Source: Sphingopyxis sp. (GTDB lineage Bacteria > Pseudomonadota > Alphaproteobacteria > Sphingomonadales > Sphingomonadaceae). From it: a stretch of 64,000 nt of DNA. The DNA is taken from positions 55,880 to 119,879 of the forward strand of contig NZ_JAKFEM010000042.1 of assembly GCF_036675685.1 (NCBI RefSeq), given 5' to 3'. Within the stretch, counting starts at the first letter, position 1. The number at the start of each line of letters is the position of its first letter. The translations under genes were made by a program, and so were the position numbers. Under the pieces are notes generated by a model that made no database searches, was not told the DNA's origin, and saw nothing but the letters and a program-made list of their open reading frames with translations. Positions 19,128 to 28,364 of this stretch are shown here, piece by piece.

Positions 19128-21464
19128 ATGATCACCACCAGCCGCCGCCAGCTTCTCGCGACCACGGGCCTGCTCGCACTCGGCGGCGCAATCCCCGCCG
19201 GCTGCTCGCGTGTTGCGGGCGAGGGCAAGGCAGTCGCGATTGGCAAGCCGAACCTCTTCATCGGCACCGGCGGGCACGGCCACACCTTCCCCGGCGCGTC
19301 GCTGCCGTTCGGAATGGCGCAGCTCAGCCCCGATACGAACACCCACGGCTGGGATGCCTGCTCGGGCTATCATCAGAAAGATGGCTCGATCATGGGGTTC
19401 AGCCACACGCATTTGTCGGGCACCGGCATCGGCGACATGCTCGATATTCTCGTCGTGCCGACGCGGCGCGAGCTGAAGCTCGAACCCGGCACGATCGAGA
19501 AACCCGGCGAGGGCTATCGCCAGCGTTATTCGGACGAACATGCCGAGCCCGGCTATTATCGCGTGAAGCTCGAGACCGGCGTGCTCGCCGAGCTGACCGT
19601 CACCGAACGTTGCGGGCTGCACCGCTATCGCTTCGGCCAGGGGCCTGCGCATATCCTGATCGATTTCGCGCACGCGATCGAGGATGACTGGGACAAGGGT
19701 ATCGTCGTCGAGGACGCGTCGCTCGACCTCGGCGACGACGGCATGCTGACCGGCGGCCGGCAGGTCAATCGCTGGGCCAAGGGCCGGCGCATCCATTTCG
19801 CGATGCAGATGTCGCGGAGGCCCGATCGCGTGCAATTTTTCGGTGACGACGGCAAGCCCGCTCCCGAAGGCGCGAAGTCGATCAAGGGCAACAAGCTCAA
19901 GGTCGCCTTCTTCTTCGACGATGCCGGTGGCCAGCCGATTCTGATCAAGACAGGGCTTTCGGCGGTCGATGTAAAAGGCGCGCATGATGCACTGGCGCAG
20001 GAGGTCCCGGCTTGGGACTTCGACGGCGCGCTCAAGGCCGCGCGCGGCACCTGGGCGAAGGCGCTCGGCGGCATTCGCGTGTCGGGCGGCACCGAGGCGC
20101 AGCGGACGATCATGACGAGCGCGCTCTATCATGCGCAGCTCGCGCCGACGCTCTTCACCGATCGCGACGGGCGTTATGTCGGGCTCGACCGGCAGGTGCA
20201 TGAAGCGGCGAAGGGCGAGGAGGCGTTCAGCACCTATTCGCTGTGGGACACCTATCGCGCGCTCCATCCGCTGCTGACGCTGATCGATCCCGCGCGCGCC
20301 GCGCTGCTGACGCGCGACCTCTGCCGCCAGACCGCGCAAAGCCCAGCCGGCCCGCTCGTCTGGCCGCTGCAGGGGGTCGAGACCGCGTGCATGATCGGCT
20401 GGCACGCCGTCTCGGTGCTCGCCGAGGCGCATGCGAAGGGGATCAAGGCCGATTACGCCGCCGCCTGGCCGAACATCCGCCGCCGCGCCTTCGACCGCGA
20501 GTATAAGGATATCGACAGCACGCTCGGCCGCGATTTCTATTACGACCTCGGCTATATCCCGTGCGACGAGGTGTGGGAATCGGTCAGCCGGACGCAGGAA
20601 TATGCCTATGACGACTGGGCGATGGCGCATCTCGCCGACGCGGTCGGCGCCAAGGACGATGCGGCGGCGCTGCGCAAGCGCGCGCAAAATTATCGCGGCG
20701 TCATCGACCCCGAAACCCGCTTCGCCCGCCCGCGCTTCAAGGACGGCAGCTGGTGGAAGGATTATGATCCCGTCCAGATCGGTCATGACGTCAAAAAGTG
20801 GCGCGACTATACCGAAGCGAACGGCTGGCAGGCGACCTTCCTCAACCAGCACGACATCCATGGCCTGATCGACCATTTTGGCGGCGATGCCGAGTTCGAG
20901 AAGAAACTCGACGCGCTGTTCAACGCGCCCTCGACCTTGCCCGACAATGCGCCGCCCGACATCTCGGGGCTCGTCGGCCAATATGCGCACGGCAACGAAC
21001 CGAACCATCATGTCGCGTACATGTACGCCTATTGCGGCGCGCCCGCGAAGACGCAGGCGATGATCCGGCGCCTGCTCACCGAAATGTACAAGAACGACCC
21101 CGACGGGGTGATCGGCAACGACGATTGCGGCCAGATGAGCGCGTGGTTCATCCTCTCGGCGCTCGGCTTCTATCCGGTCGATCCTGTAAGTGCGATCTAT
21201 GTGTTCGGATCCCCGCTGTTCGATGTCGCCGAGGTGACGGTGGGCGAAGGCAAGACGCTGACCGTCCGCGCCGAGGGCAATGGTCCCGATCGGCCTTATG
21301 TCCAGTCGGTCAGCTGGAACGGCAAACCCTGGAGCAAGAACTGGATCGCGCATGCCGACCTGATCGGCGGCGGTGAGCTGGTTTTCGAGATGGGCGCCAA
21401 GCCGTCGCAGTTTGGCACTGCCAAGGGTGACCGACCGCCTTCCTTCGGTCCTGCTTCCGCATGA
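19128..21464 (+). CDS. GH92-family alpha-mannosidase, Tat signal plus lipobox (paralog 3)
   Basis: ATG 19128 follows GGGGAGGGGA. The leader is MITTSRRQLLATTGLLALGGAIPAGC. Motifs seen: GTGGHGHTFPGASLPFGMAQLSPDT, GQYAHGNEPNHHVAYMYAY and GNDDCGQMSAWFILSALGFYPVDP. Confidence 0.9.
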   Translation: MITTSRRQLLATTGLLALGGAIPAGCSRVAGEGKAVAIGKPNLFIGTGGHGHTFPGASLPFGMAQLSPDTNTHGWDACSGYHQKDGSIMGFSHTHLSGTGIGDMLDILVVPTRRELKLEPGTIEKPGEGYRQRYSDEHAEPGYYRVKLETGVLAELTVTERCGLHRYRFGQGPAHILIDFAHAIEDDWDKGIVVEDASLDLGDDGMLTGGRQVNRWAKGRRIHFAMQMSRRPDRVQFFGDDGKPAPEGAKSIKGNKLKVAFFFDDAGGQPILIKTGLSAVDVKGAHDALAQEVPAWDFDGALKAARGTWAKALGGIRVSGGTEAQRTIMTSALYHAQLAPTLFTDRDGRYVGLDRQVHEAAKGEEAFSTYSLWDTYRALHPLLTLIDPARAALLTRDLCRQTAQSPAGPLVWPLQGVETACMIGWHAVSVLAEAHAKGIKADYAAAWPNIRRRAFDREYKDIDSTLGRDFYYDLGYIPCDEVWESVSRTQEYAYDDWAMAHLADAVGAKDDAAALRKRAQNYRGVIDPETRFARPRFKDGSWWKDYDPVQIGHDVKKWRDYTEANGWQATFLNQHDIHGLIDHFGGDAEFEKKLDALFNAPSTLPDNAPPDISGLVGQYAHGNEPNHHVAYMYAYCGAPAKTQAMIRRLLTEMYKNDPDGVIGNDDCGQMSAWFILSALGFYPVDPVSAIYVFGSPLFDVAEVTVGEGKTLTVRAEGNGPDRPYVQSVSWNGKPWSKNWIAHADLIGGGELVFEMGAKPSQFGTAKGDRPPSFGPASA

Positions 21465-21650
21465 GCCAGATTAAAGACAAGTTTTTGGTAACGAAAAGAA
21501 AATGATAAGAACGGAATCTCTCGTGAAATCTCCCCAAATCCTGCCGCCCCACCCCGCCGGATCCGAAACGATGTTTCTGGCGGCCGGTCGGGCTTCGGCC
21601 TTGCGCTGCGGCCCGGCGCCCTTCAGAAGCCTCAGCGATTGGGCGAGGGG

Positions 21651-22595
21651 ATGGCGCTGATGGATGGTCCCGTAACAGACCGCGGCGAAGCGCGCCTGTT
21701 CGCCGGCGTCGAGCTCGGCGGCACCAAGTGCATCTGCACGCTTGCCGCGGGCCCGGACGACATCCGCGACCAACGAACGATCGCGACGACGGTGCCGTGG
21801 GAAACGCTGCCGGCGATCAAGGCCGTGCTCGATAGCTGGTCGCGATCGCACGGTTTTTGCGGTCTCGGTATCGCGTCCTTCGGCCCGATCAAGCTCGACC
21901 CCGGCAAGGCCGGCTACGGTCAGATCGGCGCGACGAACAAGTCCGATTGGGAAGGCGCCGACCTGCTCGGGCCGCTGCGATCGGCGTTCGACGTTCCGAT
22001 CGGGTTCGACACCGACGTCAACGGCGCGGCGCTCGCGGAAATCCGCTGGGGCAGCGGCCGCGGCCTCGACGATTTCGCCTATGTGACCGTGGGCACCGGG
22101 GTCGGGGTCGGGTTGATCGTCCACGGCCGCCCCACCCGCGGTTTCAGCCACAGCGAGATCGGCCATATCCTCGTTCCCCGCCTGAAGGGCGATGACATGG
22201 TCAGCGTTTGCCGCTTCCACGACGACTGCGTCGAGGGATTGGCATCGGGCACCGCATTGAACGCGCGGCTCGATGGGCGGCCACTGTCCGGCGTCGGGCC
22301 CGACGATCCGGTGTGGGAGCCGATCGTGCACAGTCTCGCCACGATGGTGCATGCGCTGGCCTGCACCACCGGGCCGATGCGCGTCGCGATGGGCGGCGGT
22401 GTGCTGTCGGGCCAGCCGCAATTGCTGCCCCGGATCAACGCCAAGGTAGCGGCCAGCCTTGCGGGCTATATGCAGATCCCCGGCGATGGGGCCTATGTGA
22501 CGTCGCCCGAACTCGGAACGATGGCGGGTCCGCTGGGCGCGATCGCGCTGGCGATGGAGGCGGTCGAAAGCGCGGGAACATATGCAGCGCCGTGA
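21651..22595 (+). CDS. ROK-family hexokinase (fructo/mannokinase-like)
   Basis: It has no DNA-binding domain. It has the ATP-binding GVELGGTKC, a DTDVNGAALAE segment, and Cys/His-containing ROK zinc-motif-like residues (HSEIGHILVP..CRFHDDCVEG). The start is uncertain among TTG 21639, ATG 21651 and ATG 21660. Confidence 0.75.
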   Translation: MALMDGPVTDRGEARLFAGVELGGTKCICTLAAGPDDIRDQRTIATTVPWETLPAIKAVLDSWSRSHGFCGLGIASFGPIKLDPGKAGYGQIGATNKSDWEGADLLGPLRSAFDVPIGFDTDVNGAALAEIRWGSGRGLDDFAYVTVGTGVGVGLIVHGRPTRGFSHSEIGHILVPRLKGDDMVSVCRFHDDCVEGLASGTALNARLDGRPLSGVGPDDPVWEPIVHSLATMVHALACTTGPMRVAMGGGVLSGQPQLLPRINAKVAASLAGYMQIPGDGAYVTSPELGTMAGPLGAIALAMEAVESAGTYAAP

Positions 22596-22653
22596 GGATT
22601 GCTCTTCCTGTTCGCCATTGGACAGCGCCGGCGCTTGGCGGCACAAGGGCGGA

Positions 22654-24984
22654 ATGAAACGCCTGTCCGTCGCCGCTGCGCTGCTCGCTCTGCTGCCGAT
22701 CCAGTCCGCCGCCGAGCAGCCGGCGCCCGATCCGCTCGGCTTCGTCGATCCGATGATCGGCACCGGCCCCGAAGGTCACACCTTCCCCGGCGCGACCGCG
22801 CCCTTCGGCATGGTCCAGCTGTCGCCCGACACCGACGCGACGTGCCAGATCCGCGAATGCTATGATCATGCCGCGGGCTACAGCTATCCCGACCCGACGA
22901 TCCAGGGGTTCAGCCACACCCATTTTTCCGGCGCCGGCCATTCGGATCTCGGCGACATCCTCGTCATGCCACAGGTTGGCGAGGTCAAGCTCGATCCGGG
23001 CAACCCGAAGCAGCCCGGCTCGGGCTACCGCCAGCGTTTCGACCATGCGACCGAAAAGGCGAGCCCCGGCTATTATGCCGTGACGCTCGCCGACAGCGGC
23101 ATCCGCGCCGAACTCACCGCGGGAACGCGCGTCGGCGTCCACCGCTACAGCTTCCCGGCGGGCAAGGACGCGCATCTGCTGCTCGACCTCCGCTCATCGC
23201 TCTACGATTATTCGGGCAAGATCCTCTGGTCGGGGCTGCATCTGCGCCCCGATGGCACGCTCACCGGTTTCCGCGAGACGCGCGGCTGGGCGCCGGGGCG
23301 CAAGCTCCATTTCGCGATGCGCTTCTCGGCGCCGGTCAAGACCCATGCTTTCCTCGATCGCGACGAGAAGATTCCCTACAAGGGTTTCCAGGCACCCGGG
23401 CGCGGCAGCGATGTGCTCGCCGAAAAGCTCGGCAAGGCGCTCGAAGCGCGGCTCGATTTCGGTGAGCTCGGCGGCCCGCTCGAAGTCCGCGTCGCCTTGT
23501 CGGGGGTCGACGAGGCGGGCGCTGTCGCCAATCTCGACGCCGAAAGCGCCGACTTCGATACCGTGCGGTCGCGCACCGAAGGCGAATGGCGCAAGGCGCT
23601 CGGCGCGCTCGAAATCGAAGCACCCGCGCCGATGCGCACCAATTTCTACACCGCGCTCTATCACAGCCTGCTCGCGCCGAGCGTGTGGAGCGACGTCGAC
23701 GGCCGCTATCGCGGCCCCGACGACCAGGTCCACGCCGCGAAGGATTATACCTTCCGCTCGACCTTTTCGCTGTGGGATACCTTCCGCGCTCAGCATCCGC
23801 TGCTGACGCTCGTCCAGCCTGAAGAGACGACCACCGACATCGTAAAATCGCTCGTCGCGAGCCGCAGGCACAGCCCGCACGGCATCCTCCCCGTGTGGCA
23901 GTTCCATGGGCGCGAGACATGGACGATGATCGGCTATCACGCTGTCCCCGTCATCGCCGACGCCTATATGAAGGGCGTGGGCGATTTCGACGCGAACGAG
24001 GCGCTCGACGCGATGGTCGCAAGCGCCGACTACGCGCCCTATGGCGGGCTCGGCGACTATATGAAGCTCGGCTATGTCGCGATCGACCGCGAGCCCGAGG
24101 CGGCGTCGAAGACGGTCGAATATGCCTATGACGACTGGACGATCGCGCGGATGGCCGAAAAGATGGGCCGCAAGGACATCGCCGACCGTTTCTACAAACG
24201 CGCGGGTTACTGGCGGAACAGCTTCGATGCCAAGACCGGCTGGCTCCGCGGGCGCAAAGCCGACGATAGCTTCCGCACCCCCTTCGACCCGACCGCGATC
24301 AACTATGGCTCGGACTATACCGAGGGAAATGCCTGGCAGTACAGCTGGTTCGTCCCGCAGGACCAGGCCGCGCTCTTCGGTATCCTCGGCGGCGATGCCA
24401 AGACGATCGCGAAGCTCGACGCGATGTTCGACTATGACAATAGCAAGCTCGACTACAGCCATGCCGAGGATATTGCCGGGCTGATCGGCCAATATATCCA
24501 TGGCAACGAGCCGAGCCACCACGTCGCCTATCTCTATGCCTATGCCGGCGCGCCGTGGCGGACGCAGGAGCGGCTGAAGCAGATCGTCGACAGCCAGTAT
24601 AAGCCGACCCCCGACGGGCTTTCGGGCAACGACGACCTTGGCCAGATGTCGGCATGGCTCGTCTTCACCGGGCTCGGCTTCTACCCCGTCGCGCCGGGGT
24701 CGAACCAATATGTGATCGGCCGGCCGTTCGTCGACCGCGCGGTGCTGAACCTGCCCGGCGGCAAGCGCTTCACCGTCGAGACAACGGGCCTCTCCGACGC
24801 CAACCGATACGTCGGCAAAGTCGAACTGAACGGCAAACCGCTGACGCGCAGCTGGATTTCGGATGCCGAAATCCGCGCCGGCGGCACGCTGCGCTTCACG
24901 ATGCAGGCACAGCCCGATGCGGCGTGGGGCAAGGCGCCCGAGGCGCGTCCCTATTCGCTCTCGACCGCGCGTCGCACCCCCTGA
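22654..24984 (+). CDS. GH92-family alpha-mannosidase, secreted (paralog 4)
   Basis: ATG 22654. The signal peptide is MKRLSVAAALLALLPIQSAAE. Motifs seen: GFVDPMIGTGPEGHTFPGATAPFGMVQLSPDTD, GQYIHGNEPSHHVAYLYAY and GNDDLGQMSAWLVFTGLGFYPV. Confidence 0.9.
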   Translation: MKRLSVAAALLALLPIQSAAEQPAPDPLGFVDPMIGTGPEGHTFPGATAPFGMVQLSPDTDATCQIRECYDHAAGYSYPDPTIQGFSHTHFSGAGHSDLGDILVMPQVGEVKLDPGNPKQPGSGYRQRFDHATEKASPGYYAVTLADSGIRAELTAGTRVGVHRYSFPAGKDAHLLLDLRSSLYDYSGKILWSGLHLRPDGTLTGFRETRGWAPGRKLHFAMRFSAPVKTHAFLDRDEKIPYKGFQAPGRGSDVLAEKLGKALEARLDFGELGGPLEVRVALSGVDEAGAVANLDAESADFDTVRSRTEGEWRKALGALEIEAPAPMRTNFYTALYHSLLAPSVWSDVDGRYRGPDDQVHAAKDYTFRSTFSLWDTFRAQHPLLTLVQPEETTTDIVKSLVASRRHSPHGILPVWQFHGRETWTMIGYHAVPVIADAYMKGVGDFDANEALDAMVASADYAPYGGLGDYMKLGYVAIDREPEAASKTVEYAYDDWTIARMAEKMGRKDIADRFYKRAGYWRNSFDAKTGWLRGRKADDSFRTPFDPTAINYGSDYTEGNAWQYSWFVPQDQAALFGILGGDAKTIAKLDAMFDYDNSKLDYSHAEDIAGLIGQYIHGNEPSHHVAYLYAYAGAPWRTQERLKQIVDSQYKPTPDGLSGNDDLGQMSAWLVFTGLGFYPVAPGSNQYVIGRPFVDRAVLNLPGGKRFTVETTGLSDANRYVGKVELNGKPLTRSWISDAEIRAGGTLRFTMQAQPDAAWGKAPEARPYSLSTARRTP

Positions 24985-25004
24985 CCGCCACGAAAGCCAA
25001 CGCC

Positions 25005-25466
25005 ATGTCCGACGACCTCATCATCCGCGCGCCCGTCGCCGCCGATTTCGATCGCTGGCTACCGCTCTGGGACGGCTACAACGCCTTTTACGGACGCAGC
25101 GGCGACACCGCGCTTCCCGCCGACATCACCGCCGAGACATGGGCGCGTTTCCTCGATCCGCGCCAGCCGGTCCACGCGCTCGTTGCCGAGACCGGCGGCG
25201 AACTCGTCGGCCTCGCCCACTTCCTCTATCATCGCAGCACCACCGCGATCGCCGACAGCTGCTACCTCCAGGACCTGTTCACATCGCAGGCCGCGCGCGG
25301 CCGCGGCGTTGCCGGCGCTCTCCTGGGTCGCGTCGGCGCCGCGGCGCGCGCCGCCGGCGCGAGCCGCGTCTACTGGCTGACGCACGAGGGCAATGGCGTC
25401 GCACGCCGATTGTACGACCGGCTCGCCGAACATGCGGGATTCATCGTTTATCGCATGGCGATCTGA
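25005..25466 (+). CDS. GNAT-family N-acetyltransferase
   Basis: The 3' portion of track ORF 24654..25466, with the start at ATG 25005 after the GH92 stop. The acetyl-CoA-binding pattern is LQDLFTSQAARGRGVAGALL. About 153 aa. Confidence 0.75.
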   Translation: MSDDLIIRAPVAADFDRWLPLWDGYNAFYGRSGDTALPADITAETWARFLDPRQPVHALVAETGGELVGLAHFLYHRSTTAIADSCYLQDLFTSQAARGRGVAGALLGRVGAAARAAGASRVYWLTHEGNGVARRLYDRLAEHAGFIVYRMAI

Positions 25467-25501
25467 TACCAACCGGCCGCTTTCGGCTCCCGCCCGCGCG
25501 A

Positions 25502-26746
25502 TCAATGCCGCCCGAGTTCGTCGCGGCCGACCACCATATAGTGAACCTCGTCGGGACCGTCGGCGAAACGCAGATGGCGTACGTCGGCGTACAGGTCGGC
25601 AAGCGGGGTCCACTGCGAAATGCCCGTCGCGCCGTGGATCTGGATCGCCTGGTCGATGATCTGGCAGGTCCGTTCGGGAACCATCGCCTTGGCCATGCTC
25701 ACCCAGACGCGCGCCTCGCGGTTGCCGAGCAGGTCCATCGCCTTGGCCGCCTTGAGCACGATCAGGCGCATCGCCTCGATCTCGATCCGCGCGCGCGCGA
25801 TCACTTCGAGATTCTTGCCGAGTTGCGACAGCTGGCGGCCGAAGGCCGTGCGCGAATTGCCGCGCTTCACCATCAGGTCGAGCGCGCGTTCGGCCTTGCC
25901 GATCGTGCGCATGCAATGATGGATACGACCCGGCCCGAGGCGCATCTGCGAAATCTCGAACCCGCGGCCCTCGCCGAGCAGCATATTGTCCTTCGGCACG
26001 CGGACATTGTCGAAGCGCATGTGCATATGCCCCTGCGGCGCATGGTCGGCGCCGAACACGTGCATTGGGCCGAGCACCTGCACCCCGGGCGTGTCCATCG
26101 GCACCAGGATCTGCGAATGCTGGGCTTTCCTCGCGGCCTCGGGGTTTGTGTTCACCATGCAGATCAATATCTTGCAGCGCGGATCGCCTGCGCCGCTGAT
26201 GAAATATTTCTCGCCGTTGATGACCCACTCATCGCCCTCGAGCCGCGCGCTCGTCTCTAAATTGCTCGCGTCCGACGAAGCGACACCCGGCTCGGTCATC
26301 ACATAGGCCGAGCGGATTTCGCCGTTCAGCAACGGCTTAAGCCACCGCTCTTTCTGCTCGGCGGTGCCGACCATTTCGAGCACTTCCATATTGCCAGTAT
26401 CGGGCGCCGAACAATTCAGCGATTCCGAAGCGAGCGGCGACTTGCCGAGCTCGGCGGCGATATAGGCATAGTCGAGGTTGCTGAGCGGCGTTCCCGTGTC
26501 GCCGTGCGGCAGGAAGAAGTTCCACAGGCCCGCTGCCTTCGCCTTGTTCTTCGCATCTTCGAGCAGTTCGAGCTGCCCCGGTGCCCAGCTCCAGCGATCG
26601 GCCCGGCCCTCGCCGAGCCGGAAAAATTCCTCGGTGATCGGGTCGACATTTTCGGCGATGTGGCGCTTCACGGCATCGAAGAGCGGCTGTGCTTCCTTCG
26701 ACATCCTGAGGTCGTTGAGTTCGGCTTCGAGTTCGATCGGCGACAT
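25502..26746 (-). CDS. Acyl-CoA dehydrogenase family protein
   Basis: 414 aa. It shows the ACAD fold pattern (..YVMTEPGVASSDASN.., ..GGMHCMRTIG-like.., C-terminal helical domain) and resembles the ACAD10/11-FadE type. Confidence 0.8.
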   Translation of the reverse strand: MSPIELEAELNDLRMSKEAQPLFDAVKRHIAENVDPITEEFFRLGEGRADRWSWAPGQLELLEDAKNKAKAAGLWNFFLPHGDTGTPLSNLDYAYIAAELGKSPLASESLNCSAPDTGNMEVLEMVGTAEQKERWLKPLLNGEIRSAYVMTEPGVASSDASNLETSARLEGDEWVINGEKYFISGAGDPRCKILICMVNTNPEAARKAQHSQILVPMDTPGVQVLGPMHVFGADHAPQGHMHMRFDNVRVPKDNMLLGEGRGFEISQMRLGPGRIHHCMRTIGKAERALDLMVKRGNSRTAFGRQLSQLGKNLEVIARARIEIEAMRLIVLKAAKAMDLLGNREARVWVSMAKAMVPERTCQIIDQAIQIHGATGISQWTPLADLYADVRHLRFADGPDEVHYMVVGRDELGRH

Positions 26747-26812
26747 GGCAGTTCTCCGCTGGATTTGCCCGGTAGGGTAGCGGCGTCATGTCATCCAAGA
26801 AAATGATAGGAT

Positions 26813-26839
26813 CGAATATTATATATTCGCTTTACGAAT
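26813..26839. promoter_or_regulatory. Two overlapping AT-rich palindromes sharing CGAAT/ATTCG half-sites upstream of the acyl-CoA dehydrogenase gene
   Basis: CGAATAT-TAT-ATATTCG lies at 26813-26829 and ATTCG-CTTTA-CGAAT at 26825-26839; the second fits a T-N11-A LysR-type box. Both sit between the LysR stop (26842) and the ACAD start (26746). Confidence 0.4.
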
Positions 26840-26841
26840 GA

Positions 26842-27753
26842 CTAGTCCGCTTTCGCCAGTTCGTCGATGATGATCGCGCGCAACCAGCCAAGGCCGGGAT
26901 CGGCCTGCGCCGCTTGATGCCAGTATAGATAGCTGCCGCTCTGTTCGACCGGCAGCGGCAGGTCGACGAGCTGCATCGGCCACATCGCGTCGAGCACCTC
27001 GGCATGCGATTGCGGGAGCGAAAAGAGCATGTCGGACGAGGCGACGATCTGCCAGGCGGTGATCGCATGCTGGCACCGGACGGCGACGCGCCGGACAAGA
27101 CCCATGCGTTCGAGCGCCATATCCTCGAGCCCGGGACCATAGGGTCGCGCGGTCGCGACAACATGCTCGAGCGCGAGATAGGCGTCGAGATCGATCGCGC
27201 CGTCGACGCGCGGATGCCCCTTACGCGCCACGACGACGATCGGTTCGGTCCCGAGATATTGGCTGCGGAGCCGATCGTCGGCGGGCAGGGCGACATCGAG
27301 CGCGAGGTCGAGGTCGCCATTGGCGAGCATCTTCACCAGATCGCGCCGGCGAAAGGTCACGCTCGCGAGCGCCACATGCGGCGCCTCGCTCCGCACGCGC
27401 GACACGAGCGACGAGAAGCGGGGCATCTCGCCCGACAGCCGCACCCCGATACGAAACTCGCGCGTCGCCTCGGCGGGATCGAACGACGTCGCGGCATCGA
27501 GCGCTGCATCGAGCCCGCTCAGCGCCTCACGTACCGGCCCCGCGATGGCGCGCGCCGCCGGGGTCGGCATCAGCCTGTTCCCCTGCCGCACGAAGAGCGG
27601 GTCGTCGAAGGTGTCGCGCAGCCTGGCGAGCGCGTGGCTGATCGCAGGCTGCGAAAGGTTCAGGTGCCGCGCCGCGGCCGACACCCCGCCCCTGGCGAAA
27701 ATCGCATCGAATATCCTGAGCAGGTTGAGATCGAACCGGGCAAGATGCCGCAA
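26842..27753 (-). CDS. LysR-family transcriptional regulator
   Basis: 303 aa. The N-terminus is MRHLARFDLNLLRIFDAIFARGGVSAAARHLNLSQPAISHALARLR, a LysR wHTH. Confidence 0.9.
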   Translation of the reverse strand: MRHLARFDLNLLRIFDAIFARGGVSAAARHLNLSQPAISHALARLRDTFDDPLFVRQGNRLMPTPAARAIAGPVREALSGLDAALDAATSFDPAEATREFRIGVRLSGEMPRFSSLVSRVRSEAPHVALASVTFRRRDLVKMLANGDLDLALDVALPADDRLRSQYLGTEPIVVVARKGHPRVDGAIDLDAYLALEHVVATARPYGPGLEDMALERMGLVRRVAVRCQHAITAWQIVASSDMLFSLPQSHAEVLDAMWPMQLVDLPLPVEQSGSYLYWHQAAQADPGLGWLRAIIIDELAKAD

Positions 27754-28045
27754 GGCTTTCTCCTAAGCGAAGTCGGCATGTGGAGTGTTGCCGACCCATA
27801 ACTGCCAAAGGCGGGGAAGTGAACTGACATCGCGGCGACGTTGTCCCGCGGAGGAAGTTGAGGGCGTGCCCAACATCCGGAACGCCGCTGTCGCTTCCGC
27901 TCACGATGCATCTGCGCGGTACGCCGGAGGGCTTCTGAGTCCATCCATTTACCCGAGCGAATGCACAGCCGGACAGAATCGCGTTGTTCGAATGTCGGCG
28001 CTCGGCTTGGGACGGCTGGGGGGCATTAACGATTAGGAGAATTCG

Positions 28046-28348
28046 ATGTCCCCGTCTCTCAAGAAACTAGCACCCGCAGTCATGATTTTGACTGGGTCCC
28101 TGGCTTTGGGTGGCTGTGCCACCAAGGGCTTTGTGCGCGAGCAGGTCGCCGTTGTAAGCCAGCGCGTCGATGCGCTCGAAACGCAATTGCAGGCGACCGA
28201 CGCCACCGCGAAATCCGCACAGGCAGAAGCCCAGTCGGCATCGGGGCAGGCGCAGAATAATGGTCAGCGCCTGGATCAACTCAATGCCCGGGTGGATGGT
28301 ATCGAGCAGCGAATGCAGCAAGCCCAGCAGAAGCGGCCGCGCAACTGA
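28046..28348 (+). CDS. Lpp/OprI-like alanine/glutamine-zipper lipoprotein
   Basis: TAGGAGA ribosome-binding site. The lipobox is LTGSLALGG-C. The remaining ~75 aa are a heptad-like A/Q-rich coiled coil (VDALETQLQATDATAKSAQAEAQSASGQAQNNGQRLDQLNARVDGIEQRMQQAQQ). Confidence 0.75.
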   Translation: MSPSLKKLAPAVMILTGSLALGGCATKGFVREQVAVVSQRVDALETQLQATDATAKSAQAEAQSASGQAQNNGQRLDQLNARVDGIEQRMQQAQQKRPRN

Positions 28349-28364
28349 CGCGGCAAGGCAATAA

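Noticed and set aside
6868-21353. Long antisense ORFs opposite the glycoside hydrolase genes (6868..8793, 8723..10927, 11152..13125, 15114..17807, 17647..18996, 18813..21353).
   Set aside because: Each lies opposite a gene with clear family motifs, a signal peptide and a ribosome-binding site. Their translations are R/A/G/D-rich with no motifs. The same applies elsewhere to 3205..4998, 22435..23175, 23194..24708, 32013..34358, 34654..36462, 39665..41740, 42342..43751, 44389..45435, 48617..50422, 51252..53285, 53306..54421, 54510..55757, 55993..57681, 58772..60190 and 61638..62816.
27754-28045. A 292-bp non-coding gap between the LysR gene and the Lpp-like gene, examined for a tRNA, sRNA, riboswitch or small ORF.
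   Set aside because: There is no T-loop or anticodon-arm pattern. Only a short 7-bp hairpin (27771-27794) is present. The track ORFs here (27527..27904, 27660..27944, 27785..28036) lack a ribosome-binding site, codon bias and motifs.
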